64,000 nucleotides of DNA from Calcarisporiella thermophila CBS 279.70 (GCF_041956535.1 NW_027192209.1:198092-262091), one strand, 5' to 3'. Counted from the first letter of the stretch, positions 1 through 14,423 are shown. Made by a program: numbers and translations. Notes: a model not told the origin generated them from the letters alone.

Positions 1-1893
1 CTTTCTTCCCGTGGGATAGACAACCAGCGTTGACATGAACAACCCAACCGTGATAGCAAGCGAGATGATAATCATCTGAAAAGCGAAATTGGTTCCATGG
101 GTTAGGTCATCCGTTAGTAGCAGGAGCGTGCCTTTTACCCCCAGAGAACCTAAACATGATAAAAGGAGGTTGAGGATACTATGGTCAAGATATTTCCTGT
201 TGCATATCTGGTTATTTACCAGGAACCAGTAAGAGGATAGCGCAGAGGATAGGAACATAGGCAGCCCTATGGGTGAAACGTGAATAAAGGTTCCCTGTCA
301 ACCCACACATAAATGCAGCTATGGCCGCCGACCCATTCGCCGGCATGGTTGTGATGTTTGCGGAGAGTAGAGAGGCCATATAGGCAACGGCGGAGACCGC
401 GACAATGACGGGCCATTGCTTTGGAGTAGCTCGCAGTGAAACAGCCAACGCACAGGCCAAGGGCGGGAACAGGATAACGAGCCAATACCATTCCAGGGGA
501 GAGTGGCATATAGCCGCGGAGTCGACCGATTTCCAGTGCATGATGGCCTCGATGGAGTTCCATAGAGCAGCGCCTATTGAAAATCCAAATCCCAGAAAAA
601 GGGCGTACATTAATGCGTACATCATGCGGACCGTGCCGGCCACGATATGCCGTGACGACAGTTCAATGATGGAGATGGTCAATTGTAAACCTGGGAGGAG
701 GATAACGGCCGCCGCCAGCACCACTGTTTGGAAACACACAAAACGGTGGAAGCTCCGCGCAATGAAGGCGACGAGGATGGAGCTGCTTACCTCGTATACA
801 TTACCATAGTTGCGGTTATGGGATGCGAGGATCAGGAGGACTCCAACAATCAGTCCTGTGAAGGCTCCAACAGAGGCATCGAGCCAGCTACCCTTGAACA
901 GGGTTGCTGCAGCAAATGCTCCCGACAGCATGAATGAGATTGCGAGGCCAATGTTGCCGAACATATCGGGCTCCTGTTCGATCTCTTCGAGGCGCGGAAG
1001 TGCTTCATGTGCCGTCATCTGTTTTTTGAGAACCGCACGCACGACCTCGTTCACCTCCTCAAGCTTGCCAAGGTACCAATCGGGAACACATTTAATTAAG
1101 TGTGTTTCGGAGGTGTGGGTGTCTTGATCGCCAAAGGTGACCATAAGAAGACCAGGAATAAAGACAAATTCAGCATCTACGCCAAGCGCCTCGCTCGTCG
1201 TCTCCAGAACCGATTCGATCCGGTGAGAAGGCCCTCCGCAATGCATCAACATTTTTCCTAGACGTAGCAAGAATTCTGGGGAAGAGGGAGAAAAAGTTTA
1301 GAGTTTGAGCTGCACATACGACAAAGTTCATAAGTAGACAACTAATGTGTACCTTGTCTCTCTAAAATGTCAGCTACAGCTTCTGTAATTCGAAGCTTTT
1401 CGTCCAATTGTAAAGATGAGCCATTGATATCCGTGAACGACTCCTCATCACTAATGGCCGAATAAAGACTATGTGTATCACCATTGCTAGCTCGCCTTTG
1501 ACATGGAATAGCCAAACATCCTGTCGAGAGGTTTTGGTACACGGGCATGATCCCTCTTCTCCGTCGGTATCGTGGGCGAGAATATCTCCTTCGCGGGTAT
1601 AGCTTCAAAAGATTGCTCAACACACCCCCCGTTGGCCTTGATCGCAACTCCGGACGTGTAAAGTTTTCGATCATCACAAAGGCGGCGCCCGACGCCGGTC
1701 GCCTTCCTTCATCGGGGTGGTTGGGTTCCGTGGCGATTGAAGGAGGATCACCATTGGAAACGTTAATGATTAAATGATCGTCATCACGCTGACATTCGGG
1801 AGGGGGGCTATGAGACGAGTTGTTTGAAGTGTGTGAGTTCTGCTGCTGTCTTGTGTCCACCTTTACACGTGTTTTGCCCTTGTCCTTTCGCAT
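1..1893 (-). CDS. PRM10: Pheromone-regulated membrane protein 10 / ThrE (threonine-serine exporter, DUF1212) family; 3' end runs off the window
   Basis: Exons 1893-1353, 1275-220 and 149-<1, with GT-AG introns 1276-1352 and 150-219. The spliced protein has GGVLSNLLKL, RITEAVADILERQEFLLRLGK..GGPSHRIE, FGDQDTHTSETHL, VILLPGL and LLLVPGSLGVKG, plus about 10 TM helices. Confidence 0.88.
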
Positions 1894-2974
1894 GTATCAG
1901 CAAATAGGAAAGGAAGAGGGCCGACACTGATAATTAAGAAATTTTTGTTCTAATGCTAATGTGAATTAAATGAGGAAAAAAAAGAAAATCTAAATGAGGA
2001 GAGGGAAAGGGGGGGGGGGGGAAGGAGAAGAAAACTGAGAGTGGGAAAGAAAAAGGAGAAAAAGAAAAGATTATTTAATTCAAGGTACTGGAGGAACTGT
2101 GAACATCTCGTATTGAAGGATAACTGCCACGCGTAAGTAACCTAGTCAGTTTTCCTAGATCTATGGTGTCTGAAAAGCGGGAGTATGACAGAAAAAATCA
2201 CAGAAAAGAGGTGAAAGAAAAAGGATTAGCAAGATTAGAACAAAGGAAAAGAAAAGAGGAAAGATGGCCTTTTTTCACGAGTGGATTTTCAAGTTTTGAT
2301 TTGGTCGAAGAGGCTTTCGTGTAAGGAAACTGGCTGTTTTCGCAAAAAAAAAAACCGTCTCCAAAATTAGTAAGAAAATAACTTTGACAGCTGCCGATCC
2401 TTTTTTTTCTGCTGTTTACACTTAACAACTTATTAATCTACCCATTGGTTGTATGACTTCTGAAAGAATCCGATTGAATCTCTCGTTTTTTTTTTTAGCA
2501 ACATGGTGTATGCCTTTTAAATTCCCTTTTGTTCTCTAGACTAATTGACGCATGGTCCCATGACACGTAGTTAATAATGTGAACTTTTAGCATATATTAT
2601 ATATTACCAAAACATTGGCTAGTCACAGAGCGGATCCTCTTTTTATTCTTTTATCCTATCAAAGCCAAGTCCTTTGTCCCATGGAAAAATTGTGTGATTA
2701 CATGAGAATAAAATCTACTTGTCGTTGTTTAGAATGTGTTGTGTGTTGAAAAAGAAAGAGAATAAAAAGAGAGAAACTTATGTGCACAAAAAGAAGAGTA
2801 ACTTAAAGTCCATCAGCAAAATACACATGGGAATTGAGCGAAAATCGTCACATCAATGTACAGGAGTGCAACATATTTGTAAAAAGTGCATGTATTGCAT
2901 AAGTCTCTTTCAATTATATAATTCTAATATCTTATTTATATGAGTTTGCGACGCGCTAAACAGCACGCCACTCT

Positions 2975-4283
2975 TTATTGCTGTGAACACTGCACGCCTG
3001 GCCGCTCATCTCCCATCTCGTCCTCATCATAGTCATCGTTGTTCATTCTAGCTTGCGCCTGATTTTGCTGCCCTGCATCCAGACTGTTCAAATTAGCTTC
3101 CTCCAACACCTTATCCTTACCAGGAGGAGCTATATCTGAGCGCGGCGGCAATATTGATTCTAATTGCGCAATCTTATCCGGAGAAGTCCAGTTGGGCTGA
3201 GGGAATTCTACCTCAAATTTAATGTATAAATTTCCATGGTTGTGAGTGCGATGCTGTGGCATTCCTTCGCCGTTAATAACTCGAATATCTCCTGGTCGAA
3301 TAACCTCTCCGGGAAGAATATCCACCGCCAACACACGGTCGTCCAAGTGCTCCACATGGAACTTTCCCCCCGCCAACGCCGTAAGCAAGTCGATTTTCAC
3401 ATCGCAAAAGAGGTCATCCCCCTTGCGTTTGAATCGGGGGTGAGGCTTTTCCTCTAACATAATGATGACATCTCCTGGGATCACGCCCGGGAGTTGGTCA
3501 CCCTCGCCGGAAAACGTAATTTTCTGTCCCTCCCGCATTCCTTTATCAATGTGCACCTCCAGGACTTTACGCTCGTTTGTGATTTTCTTCCCATTGCACT
3601 GCTTGCACCGATCCTCGTCCCGGATAATTTCACCCTCACCGCGACATTCAGGACACGTCTGTTGAATCTGTTGCACAAGGGGCCCCATTTGTCGCATGGT
3701 TATCTTCACTCCTTGGCCATGGCACTCTGCACACTGCTGAACTGCCCCTTCTTTCCCGCCTTTACCTTCACATTTGGAACAGATGACATGTTTTTGTAGA
3801 GCAAGTTTGGATGTTTTCCCCTTGTACAAATCTTCAAGCGAGACTTTAAGTGCATGAGCCATGTCCTTTCCACGTCGCGGACCCGTCGGCCCACGAGAGC
3901 CACCACCGAAACCGCCGAAACCGCCAAAAATTTGGCTGAACAGATCCTCTGGAGAAATGCCAGGCCCCATGCCATCCCCTTGTAGCCCTTCCTCTCCGTA
4001 CTGGTCGTAGAGCTGTCTTTTTCGCTCATCAGAGAGGATCTCGTAAGCATGAGAGATTTCTTTGAATTTATCGCCTGCCTCGGGATTCTGCTCCAATAAG
4101 TCGACCGAGAAATAAAAAGAGGAGAGGTATAAACCAAGTGAAGTGACAATCTCAAAAAACGATGATTTATACTTTATCCGGATGATACTTCAGAGCCAAC
4201 TTGCGATAAGCCTTTTTGATCTCGGATTCAGAAGCGTCCGGGGGAACTCCGAGCTGATCATAGTATTTTGTGTCTCTGACCAT
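2975..4283 (-). CDS. YDJ1: Type I Hsp40/DnaJ chaperone (Ydj1/Mas5)
   Basis: MVRDTKYYD...YHPDK|NPEAG with intron 4088-4172. G/F region, four CxxCxGxG zinc motifs and C-terminal CaaX CSQQ. Probable 5'UTR intron 4290-4411. Confidence 0.96.
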
Positions 4284-4569
4284 TTCAGACTGGATGAAGA
4301 TGCGATTGAATAAGATAAGATGGAATTTACAAGATAAATTTCTAGTATCTACAGAAACAAAAGGATGATAATGTATAGTTAATTTTCCAAGGTCAAGCAA
4401 GAATTTTATACGTCCAGAATATGTGGATATGAAAACCAAAGGAAGCGAGGCGTGCGGCTAGTTGGAAGTTGACTTTGGCTCGTGTAACATTAATCGAAAT
4501 TATATAATGGAAGGGTTCTTATTATTAAATAAAACCTACAATAGAAGAATCCAATGATGGAAAACAAGT

Positions 4570-7500
4570 TCAATTTCCTTTCTTTTTCTCCCGCTCCAAT
4601 TTCTTCTTCTCGCTTTGCTCTCCCTCCAGTATAGACATGATCCCCTTGATCTTCTGCTGGTATTTCTCGTCCTTCTCCCGTTGCTGTTTTAAGCGCTCAC
4701 GTGCAATAAACGAGTTATCGCGGCGCAACTCTCTGATTGCTCCCTTCCGTTCTCGCTTATGCTGCTTCTGCAGCTTTGCCAATTGCGAGCGTTCGCGATC
4801 CGGGTCGTAGTGGCGATCGACGGAGTAGGATTCCTCGAACTTTGGAAGGTAGGTCGCGATCGGAATGGGTTTGTGGTCCTGCATACGAAGCGGTTGCTGG
4901 CGTTGCTGCTGTGCAAATTTAAGAAGCCGTTCGAGTTTTGACTCGAGTTTTTCGAGCTGATCGGCAATACGGTCATGGAAGTGGTCTCGTGGGTAGGTGC
5001 GAATAATATCGAGCGCGGGGGTGAAGATTTCGATGAAGGCGGACGTGGATGTGTACATTTGAATGAAGAGATCAAGGATATGAAGGGAGGCACTAAGGGC
5101 AGATACTCTGCAATGAATAGAGATGAGTACGAAGAAACTAGGTAACAAAATACATTAGCAGATAGATTACTTGAAAGATTCGGATACAGTTTGACCCAGG
5201 GAATGGATCTGAGAAAACTCTAATGGCTCAGGTTCTAAATCTTTGAGCAGAGCATTTTTCTCGATCTTCAACTCGGAAGATATACTGTGATAAGTTGGAA
5301 GTGGGAAAACACCTGGCACTCCCTTATCGAATTTCTTTGGTGTTAACATTGAAAGCGAAAAGAGCAGGAAATTGATCACCTCTGGGATATATCGCTTCGA
5401 GAGTAGTTGATACTAATGAGAAGCAGAATTTAGTCAGACGATGCCGAAGTGAAAAAAATGCAAAAAATTTTTTCCAAACACCAGCAGAAACAAACCTCAT
5501 AGAACAGATTACATAGGAAGAGACCAGAGGCCAGATCAGTCCCGGAGCGGACAGGGCTTTGTGACAAATATTGTCCCATTAGCAGGGTCGCTGGCGTGAC
5601 GACAGGATGCTGTAGATCGGAAGTAGGAAAGATCATACACAATATACGTAGGGCAATAAGTTCAGCTTTTGAAGGAAATAGACTCTTCTTGGTATCCGGG
5701 GCTGATAGGCCCTTGGTGAGTTTCTTTTGCCAGGATGCTATATGACTATTAAAGCACTCCGCTGCTTTTGATGGCATTTGCTGGGAGAGCTCGAAAAGAT
5801 GACGGCCCAGTTTATTAATAATAGTGAATGGAATGGGCTGATGCTGCTGGGCCAGGTGCATCACAAGCTCTAGCAAAACTCCAAAGAAAGTCTGTCAAAT
5901 AGGAGGAAAGCAAAGCATTCATTAGAAAATCTCCTTGTAGGGCAACAAGCAAAGATTTTACCTCGAGTTTTTGCCTGTTTTCTGCAGCCAACTTGATGTG
6001 GTACAGCACACGGATACGATGCACGACGATCGGTATTTGCTCCAGCTTCACGTCTTGCAAAATATCCAAGAACTCCTCCAGACTAGCTGGGCATTGAAAG
6101 GTGTATGCCAATTCGTCCATAGCAGCACTCATCGACTTCTTTTCGACTTTGTTTTTCGATTTCAGCGAATTCTTTCGAACGATTTTCCCTTTTACAAAAT
6201 CGTTCATATCATCCTCATCATCCCCACTATCATGGGCTCTCTCGCCATCCTCCTCTTCCTCCAAATCAGAATAATCGCTTCCGTCTTCGTCCGCTTCACT
6301 CTCTTCTTCATCATCTTCCTCCTCTTCTTCATCATCTTCATCGCTTCCCTCCTCGTCCTCTTCCTCATCGCTTCCAGTTTCTTCTTCATCAGCCTTAGCT
6401 CTAATTATATCTTCCACACTAATTCCAGCTCCCAATCCTCCGGTTAAATCTTCATCAACTACAAAATCATCTTCTAGGTCATCAGCTTGTGGAGCACGTC
6501 TTCTCCGTTTTCCTTTTCGCCCGTCCTTCTCATCTTCGGAATCTGAAGGTAATCCTTCCATGCGTCTCTTTCGGGCTTTTTCCAATCGCTCAAGGCGCTC
6601 CTTCTCTTCCCATGCAAGCTCTTCTTCTGTCTTTGTACGATCTGTCGCCTGAGCACGACGATCAGAGGCCAATTCACGTACATACTTATCATAATCTTCA
6701 TATCCTTCGCCGGTTGCTTCATCCTGATTGTGATTGTCAACACATTAAAATTCAAAGATGCGAATGTGGATAAAAATGCTCTTTAATTACCTTGTCTGTA
6801 TTTAATTTTGGTAATACTGGCTTTTGTGCCTCTTCTTCATTTGCAAATAATAAATCCCGAATATCACCCAATTCATCATCCAGCTCTTTGCGAAGCTCTT
6901 CGTTTTCTTCCTTCTCTTTTTGCCTCTCAAGCTATAAAGCAAAAATATATGTTTGAGAAAATGGGCACGCAAACCAACTTGGAATAATTACTATTTGTTA
7001 CCTTGTAGAGTTTGCTTTTAGCAATAACTTCTTTCATAACTTCAGCTTTAGACTTCTTCTTATCAGGATCCTAATCACCGATAATTGATTATGTTAAAAT
7101 ATAATATGTAATAGTAAAGATACCTGAGAAAAGAACTTACAGAAACGGGCTCAAATCCACCAAAGTGGGATAAGCTGACAATACTTTGATCAATTTCACC
7201 TCGATCCTCTTCATCACTTAAACCAATATCCTCGTCGAAATCGTCAATTTCAGCCAGAGATTGTCCAAGATGGGTAAGCTCAGTTTCTTCAAGGTTATAG
7301 ATTGAAGAGTTTCTGGCCCTTTTCTATTAATATATGGCAAATATTGGTATGGAAATTGCCCCAGTGCATATATCAATCCACAGTTTGCTTACTTGTTTCT
7401 CGCGCGTAAAACGCTCGAGCATTTTTTCTTCAGGAGTCATATTGGGATCGTTTTCACCGAAACGCCTATCGATAATACCACCCGCTTTGTTCTTGGTTTG

Positions 7501-7896
7501 CAACTCCAATAATAGCGATTTTTTTCGCTATTAAATCAGAAACAATACAAAAAATAGATATTAGATGTCACGACGTTTCATTTCAATTGAAAATGATGTT
7601 ACATTGATTTCGCCAGCTTGTTTTGAGGCACCCGGCTTCCCTACTGAGCCTTTTATCCGCCGTCCTAAAATGTCATGTTTGACTTTAGTAGTCTTGAGTT
7701 CAAATGGATTCATCGCATCCTCGATCGCCTTCAATTTTTCTCGCAGATCAATTTTGCCGCCTTCTGCTGGTCGTCCCCGCTTCTTAATCTTTTTGCTTGT
7801 ACTTGTGCGCGATCCGGGGCCGATCGCACCCACATCTCTTAGATTTGCTTTTAACCGTTTAAGCGCTGAAGCGTTAGAGTCCGCCTTTTTTGTCAT
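4570..7896 (-). CDS. NOP14: Nucleolar protein 14 (SSU processome)
   Basis: Nine exons join in frame through GT-AG introns. Motifs [53 protein letters not shown] and [13 protein letters not shown]. Confidence 0.95.
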
Positions 7897-8146
7897 TATA
7901 AAACAATATGTAAAAGGTCGGTATGAAGGAGAGCTAAAGCAGTCAAACGTTTGTAAACAAAATGTTAATTTGTGACTTCGAGAATAAATTTCAGATAGCT
8001 TCAGAAGAGTGCGTCATGAGCAGACAAGACCGGCCGTGTTCAACTCAGAAGTGATCCTGTGGTAAGATCCAAGAGTGATTGCTTTTCTACTTTTTCATCG
8101 TCCACGGATTCATCGTCAATAGAAATTTGGGGTAGTCAGTAATATC

Positions 8147-10565
8147 ATGGTAAGTTATATTTATTCCGCTGCAATTGACGTACACCAGTCCCGGTGCAAA
8201 TTCAATTCGCTAATTTCGTGTCAAATCTAAAATGTTACCAAACTAGCTCGTTCGCATCCGCTCAAGAGAAGGTGCACTTCGCCTTGAAGTGAATCCAACA
8301 GATGATTTCATTATTCTTAAAGATAAGGTACGCTGTAATAAACCAGTCAATCCACGTAATTGGTTATCAATGTTGATTTGCCACCCAACTTTCTCTATTT
8401 AGATAATGGATGCGCTCAAGCTCACTGACGCTTCGCGAGTAATCATTTCAAATCAACCTAGTGGCGGAAATGCAACAACTTTGGCGAGCTGTGTAGGAAG
8501 AACTATCCAAGATCTCGGCATCAAGTGAGCTGGTTATTCACGAATAACTGTGATTTTATTTACAATTTTTTTGTCATCCAGACACGGTGATCTGCTATTT
8601 ATTACAATTCCTGCGGATGATAATACTGCCATAGATTCTTCAAAGTCTGAAAATGCAACCACTGAGCCATCCGCTACACCGATACCATCTGTTAAACAGG
8701 ATGCAGTAGACGATTTTCTAGAGAAGCAGGACGGGCTAATAAAACGAGGAAGAGACCCAAAATTGTAAACTTTCACGTCTATATCCCGATGCATGGGACT
8801 TGTGAATATAACTTGGTATAAAATTTTTTAATAGCTGTAAACATGCTGATAATGGGATGTGTGACTATTGCATGCCGCTGGAGGTAACCGACATGTTTCT
8901 TCGTATTGATATAAACCGAAAACTCACCGTGGATTTGCCTACCAAAGCCTTACGATCAACACTACCTCGATCAAAACAAGATTAAACATCTCTCATTCCA
9001 TGCCTACCTCCGCCAATTAAATGCACAGCAAAAGAAAAAGCAGAGTAGCACTGCCCTCCCACCGCTTGAAGAGCCTGATTTCCGTGTCAAGATCCCTTGT
9101 TCAAGTGGGCATCCATCATGGCCTGTTGCAATTTGCACCAAATGCCAGCCTAGTGCTATCACTCTCCAGCGCCAACCATTCCGCATGGTCGATCATGTTG
9201 AATTCTCGAATGCACGCTTAATTGATAATTTCATTCACCACTGGCGCATAACTGGCCTCCAGCGATTCGGGTATTTGTATGGTCGGCTGGAGCCGTATAA
9301 TGAAGTTCCCCTCGGAATTAAAGCTGTAGTTGAGGCGATTTATGAGCCGCCTCAAGAGAACGCGTCGGACGGAATTGAGTTAGCCTTACCTTGGGAAGAA
9401 GAAAGTGCCATTGACGAGGTAGCGCGGGAATGTGGGCTCGTTCGCGTCGGGATGATCTACACGGTACCATTCATTTATATCCTGATACTAAATAATTGCA
9501 TTGAACCCAACGATTTATTTTGTTTTTCAGGATCTTTTGGATGATGGAACGGGTCAGGGTACTGTTGTATGCAAGCGTCATGTTGGCTCCTATTTCTTGT
9601 CCTCGCTTGAATGTACCTTCTCGGCGCAAATGCAACTACGACATCCGAACCCGACACGTTTTTCAGCCACCGGCAAATTTGGCTCTAAGTTTGTAACTTG
9701 TGTCATTTCAGGAAACGAGCAGAGCCAAATCTCCGTGTCAGCGTATCAAGTATCTGTGACATGTATGGGCATGGTCAACGCAGACATCATCCAAGCGAGT
9801 ATGGAACCTGGACTTATGCTGGTGCGTGAGAGCACCAATCAACGATATGTGCCGGAAGTATTCTACAAATTTAAGAATGAGTATAATGCTACCGTGCAGA
9901 AGAGCGCGAAGCCTGCCTTCCCTGTAGATTATCTGTTGGTGACTGTAAGGACTATCTTCAAGGTTGAGGTTATTGCATTTTGTTAATGGTTGTTTCTTAA
10001 GGTTACCCATGGTTTCCCCCACGACGAATCCCCTCTCTTTGGTTCAACTTCAGCCTTCCCCATTGAAAATCGGGGAGGTATAGAGACACAGGATCTAACG
10101 GCAATACGTAAACACCTTGGTTCAGACATCATTGCTGGAACGGCGCCCAAATCCACTATAGCCAACGCAATCTCTGACTTCCACCTTTTAACCTATATTC
10201 GCGAGACAAGCATGTTTGATCCGAACGACTATAAGCAGCTATGTCGGGCAGCGACCCTCCGCACAGATGTAGAAGTAACAAAACTGATTGAAACATCTGG
10301 ATGGCAGACTCTGATTACGGTATTGCGTGAAAGTGGTATGTGTAGTTTTCATCCTTATTTTTGTCTGATGAATATTTGTGGATGCTAATCTACGTTTCTT
10401 CATTATTTAGCTGGGCAGACGCAGCACCATGACGCATCGGGACCAAGCACTTCTTTGCCGTCCAGGCCACAGGTGTCTGCTACCATTGCCTGTCGGCATT
10501 GCACTTTTGTGAATCCGCAGTCGAATTCAAGTTGCGAGATGTGCGGTCTTCCGCTGGACCAATAG
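8147..10565 (+). CDS. NPL4: Cdc48 cofactor Npl4 with C-terminal NZF zinc finger
   Basis: ATG-only first exon (ATG|GTAAGT), then LVRIRSREG. zf-NPL4 ([30 protein letters not shown]), [25 protein letters not shown] and C-terminal CRHCTFVN...CEMCGLP. Stop TAG at 10563-10565. Confidence 0.95.
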
Positions 10566-10735
10566 CTAGGCGTTTGGGCTACTATTTTTGAGATATTCTC
10601 TACAGTTTTCCACTGCATGATAATAAAGGAATTGTATACATTGAATTTACAAATATAAACCATGTAGCGAAATACGAGAAATATCTTGATATTATGAAAT
10701 GAGCATAGCTTAGTAGCCTCTACATGTTTATTATT

Positions 10736-11318
10736 TCACAAGTCTTTTTCTTCCAAGCGAGCCTTGATCCTGTCTGATAAAATCAATGGTTGCACTGCTC
10801 TCGGCGCTACCACAACACGAGGCTGAGTAGAGTTCTTCAACTGTAGAGGCTCAGCTCCTTCGGAACGAATAACAGTGCCAATACCTATTCCAAGAAAATG
10901 GGTTAATGTGGGAAATAAAAATATCGGATGAAAAACAAAGCGTTATCTGGAGAAATCCTCTTGCTGGGAAAGAGAATCCCGGTAATTATCCCGATTCTTC
11001 GGTTCAGTCGGATTTCCCAGAAGCCCATTGCAAAAAACATGTTTAAATAAACGTCTTAATGCTACATACCCATAAAGAAACCAAATGTTGCAGCAGACGA
11101 AATCATATATTGTCCTAGAGTGTGCACTGCGCCCCGTGATCCACCGCCATATCTTCATGCATTAAGGGAGAAGGAGGTTAGAGTCAAAACGCCAAAATAT
11201 TCAAGTATCTTAAAAACCTGATCAAATGCACGGTTCCAAATACCAGCCCAATACAGAGGCCCACAGTACCACCCATGAGACAGCCTGTTTTTGCGCGATC
11301 GAAGGTTGAGGGCTCCAT
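10736..11318 (-). CDS. MGR2: Mgr2/Romo1, TIM23 complex subunit
   Basis: Not in the ORF track. Three exons give MEPSTFDRAKTGCLMGGTVGLCIGLVFG...RYGGGSRG...QYMISSAATFGFFMGIGTVIRSE; introns about 11153-11218 and 10885-11069. Confidence 0.9.
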
Positions 11319-11752
11319 TGATATTAATTGTTAGAGAAAAAAATGCGATTTTGGATCGATATAGCGGGTTGTTTTAAGACCTTGAGGGGCGCAGCACGAC
11401 TTTGACGGATCGAGATACCGCTACATTTTATTTAACCATCCTTACTGACGAATGCTCCGCCATCACGACTCTCTCTACATTCAGTGCCACTAACCATTCA
11501 ATAATGCGGTTTATTCTTTAGAAAAAAAGAGTAATATAAACTTGGTAAATTTAGTATAAACACGAACATATAAAAATTTAAACTACGGATGGGGAAAACG
11601 AATAAAAAGATAGAATAGGGAAAATGATAGATTTTTTATGATGATTAAATAAAAACATATATAAATATGCCATAGTTAAAAAACGGAGATGCCAGAGAAG
11701 AAAAGCTGCGAAGTCTCGAATATTTGTAGGTTTCAGAAATCACCCGTTGAAT

Positions 11753-12749
11753 CTAAATCAGTTGTAGATAATTGCTTGGGGCAATACCCACACTGCCATC
11801 AGCCTTACGCACCTGCCACCACTTGCCACTGGTCGAAGACACAGATAGTATCTCATCCTTCTCAAAAGAAATTTCATTAGGGTCATCGGGGTTTGCAGTA
11901 TAGCTATAAAGAGCTAAACAACGCAACAAATAAACATAGGTTATTAAGTATGAAATAATTAATATTAATATTAATATTAAATTGGTCAGTGCGACCAATC
12001 TATTTGTAGAGCATTTGATTGTGCTTACCCTTTGCTTGAATATTGTAGGTAGCATTCTCCTGAAGAGTGCTAACAGGGCGAGGGCCGGATGAATTGGACA
12101 AGCCAGCTTCAGCTGCAGCGGCCGATGATGCAACCACAGTACCAGAGGGTGCTTGAGCTTTACCCCCTACGTATGCACCGGCACCCGCTACCCCTTCATT
12201 ATATAAACCAGTATACTGAGATAGGAATCCATTTTGCTCCGATCCAAATGCGAAAACCCAAACAAACTATCCATATAAAAAGATATCTTGTTAATCAAAA
12301 GCAATGGCATTGCTGTAAGTTTAATTACTTACTTGTACCAACAGGAGAATGACCACTCCTGCCAAAGCCGCCCTAGCGACTTGACTAAATCCATCATCCA
12401 GAGCAGCGGCGAGATTGGTCAGGGTGGCTATGCTATATACCAGGAATCCCAGGAAGGCTAGGCGATGTGTCCAGATCTGATCAGTTATCAAAAGGAACAC
12501 AGTTCCTAGAAGGAAAAAGAGCTCAAAAAATGCTAGCCACCAGACGAGACCATTAGTTCGAAAGGCACATGCAGCTGCAAAGAGGATAACCCAAGCAGCC
12601 TACAAGATGATTTTTTTAAAAGATTAAAAATGGTAAAAATTAGTGTAAAATTAAAAGTCTCCAGGATGTAATTAACTTACAGCATCAAGTGACAATGTCC
12701 CTAAGAGAAAGAAATTGTTTATTACACGACTGAAATTGTATTGCACCAT
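11753..12749 (-). CDS. SHO1: Sho1-type osmosensor (4 TM helices + SH3)
   Basis: Four exons. Four hydrophobic segments ending FVWVFAFGS, and a C-terminal SH3 [37 protein letters not shown] typical of Sho1. Confidence 0.88.
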
Positions 12750-13094
12750 AGTATTAATTTAGAGGATTGTATCGGTAGAGGAGAAGTAAATGATATAAAT
12801 TAAAGAGTGATTTAAAGATCCCTTGGCAACAAGCTGGACAAGAAAAAGAACGAGGGAAATTACACAGTGGCTGTCTCCTCCGAATATACGAAACAGTCAA
12901 ATTTCTGGTGAAACTAAGCTTAATGAAATCTTCCTAAATTACTCACGGAATTTCGAGAAAATTGCATATGCAAATACATGACTGAAAACAACCACGAACC
13001 GCATTCCAAAAAGCGTCCATAAATTAAAGCAATAGACTCTATTGAAATTTTATTTTTAGAACAGCAAAAATAAACAAAAATACAATATGAAATC

Positions 13095-14341
13095 CTAATA
13101 ATCCAACTCTACGTCGTCTTTAATCTCCTTAGGCTCTAAATCCTCGCCGTACTGCATTGCATGATCAACGTGGCTAAGAATGAAATTGATGGAATCTTCG
13201 TCTTTGATATTAAGAGGGAGAAAGCCGACCATGTTGTAGTCATCAATCTTAAAAAAACAAGTATAGTAGAGTGAGCAGGTGTGAAAAACAATAAACAATT
13301 AATCCATACCAACTGAACTATCGCCCTATTAAGTTCATGAAATCGTGGACTTGTTTGTGCATTCGCGCTCTCCACCAGCAAAAGAGGGTCGGGATTAAAA
13401 TATCTATTAGAATAACAGTCCAGTAACTCACTCACAGCATTCACTCAGAGTCGAAAATTGCCTACCTCTCCAGCTCTTTCTTTTTATGCGTTCCTTCCAA
13501 AAGATCCATCTTCGACATCACATTTATATGTGGGATTTCTAGATTAATCATCGCACTCATTGCGCTCAATACGCCCGAAAAGAATTTCGCTTTATCTTCG
13601 ACAAATTGACTCTCAAGAAGATATACACCGCATATGGAGAAGTTCCAGCGCTGTAGGCATTCACATAGCTGACGCATCACCGGGAAGTGAGTGTAGAGCT
13701 CGATCTGGCCTGTCACGCAGTATAATAACAATCAATGCAGCCGAAACTTTTTATGAGGTTTATATAGCTACCTGGACAATCGATAATGAGATAGTCGTCC
13801 TCATAATTGCCAAGCTCTTCTTCTAACCAATCAAGGTTATTCATTAAAAACCTGGAGAGAATACAAAATATAAGTAATTAATAAAGAAAACTAAAAAAAA
13901 AAGAAATTGTAAGCCTACTCGAAGCAATAGATCAATCCTCCGTTCGGTCCGAAACCCATCTCCTCCATTACATCCTCAAGTGTGATTAGCTCGCGTATAT
14001 CTGAATAAATAGAGAATACCAAAGAACAATATTTAGTACACTTCATGACATTAATGTTGTATTATACATATGATGAAATCAACTTACCAATAGTCGGCTC
14101 GTATTCAAAAATCTCTGCAGCTGGATCCAGATTAACCAGGTGAACTGAGCGATTTATAGTCTGGCAATGAGTCATTATTGCGCGGCAATAAGTGGACTAA
14201 GTTAAGATAGATCATTGCTTTGCGTTAGTTTGAATAAATAGAGAAACCGCATAATAACTAAAAAAAAAGAGCGCTATAGGAAGCGACTTATACCTTGCCG
14301 GAACCGGCCGGTCCCATTACTAGTTGACAGTGTCGGCCCAT
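13095..14341 (-). CDS. GPN3: GPN-loop GTPase 3
   Basis: [43 protein letters not shown] and C-terminal [10 protein letters not shown]; multi-exon. Confidence 0.95.
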
Positions 14342-14423
14342 AATTATGCTCTCTGTCGTGATCGCTTATGAAATATCGAGAAGTTCTGGTGACTGATTAT
14401 TTTTATGACATTCAAAGCCACAG

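Noticed and set aside
10960-11030. TPP riboswitch in the MGR2 intron (TGAACC...GGATAAT resemblance)
   Set aside because: The UGAGA motif and the P2/P3 arm are missing, and the host gene has no link to thiamine.
11953-11984. Self-complementary (TAATAT)n tract in a SHO1 intron; also G runs at about 2008 and 31296
   Set aside because: Simple low-complexity sequence with no evidence of function.
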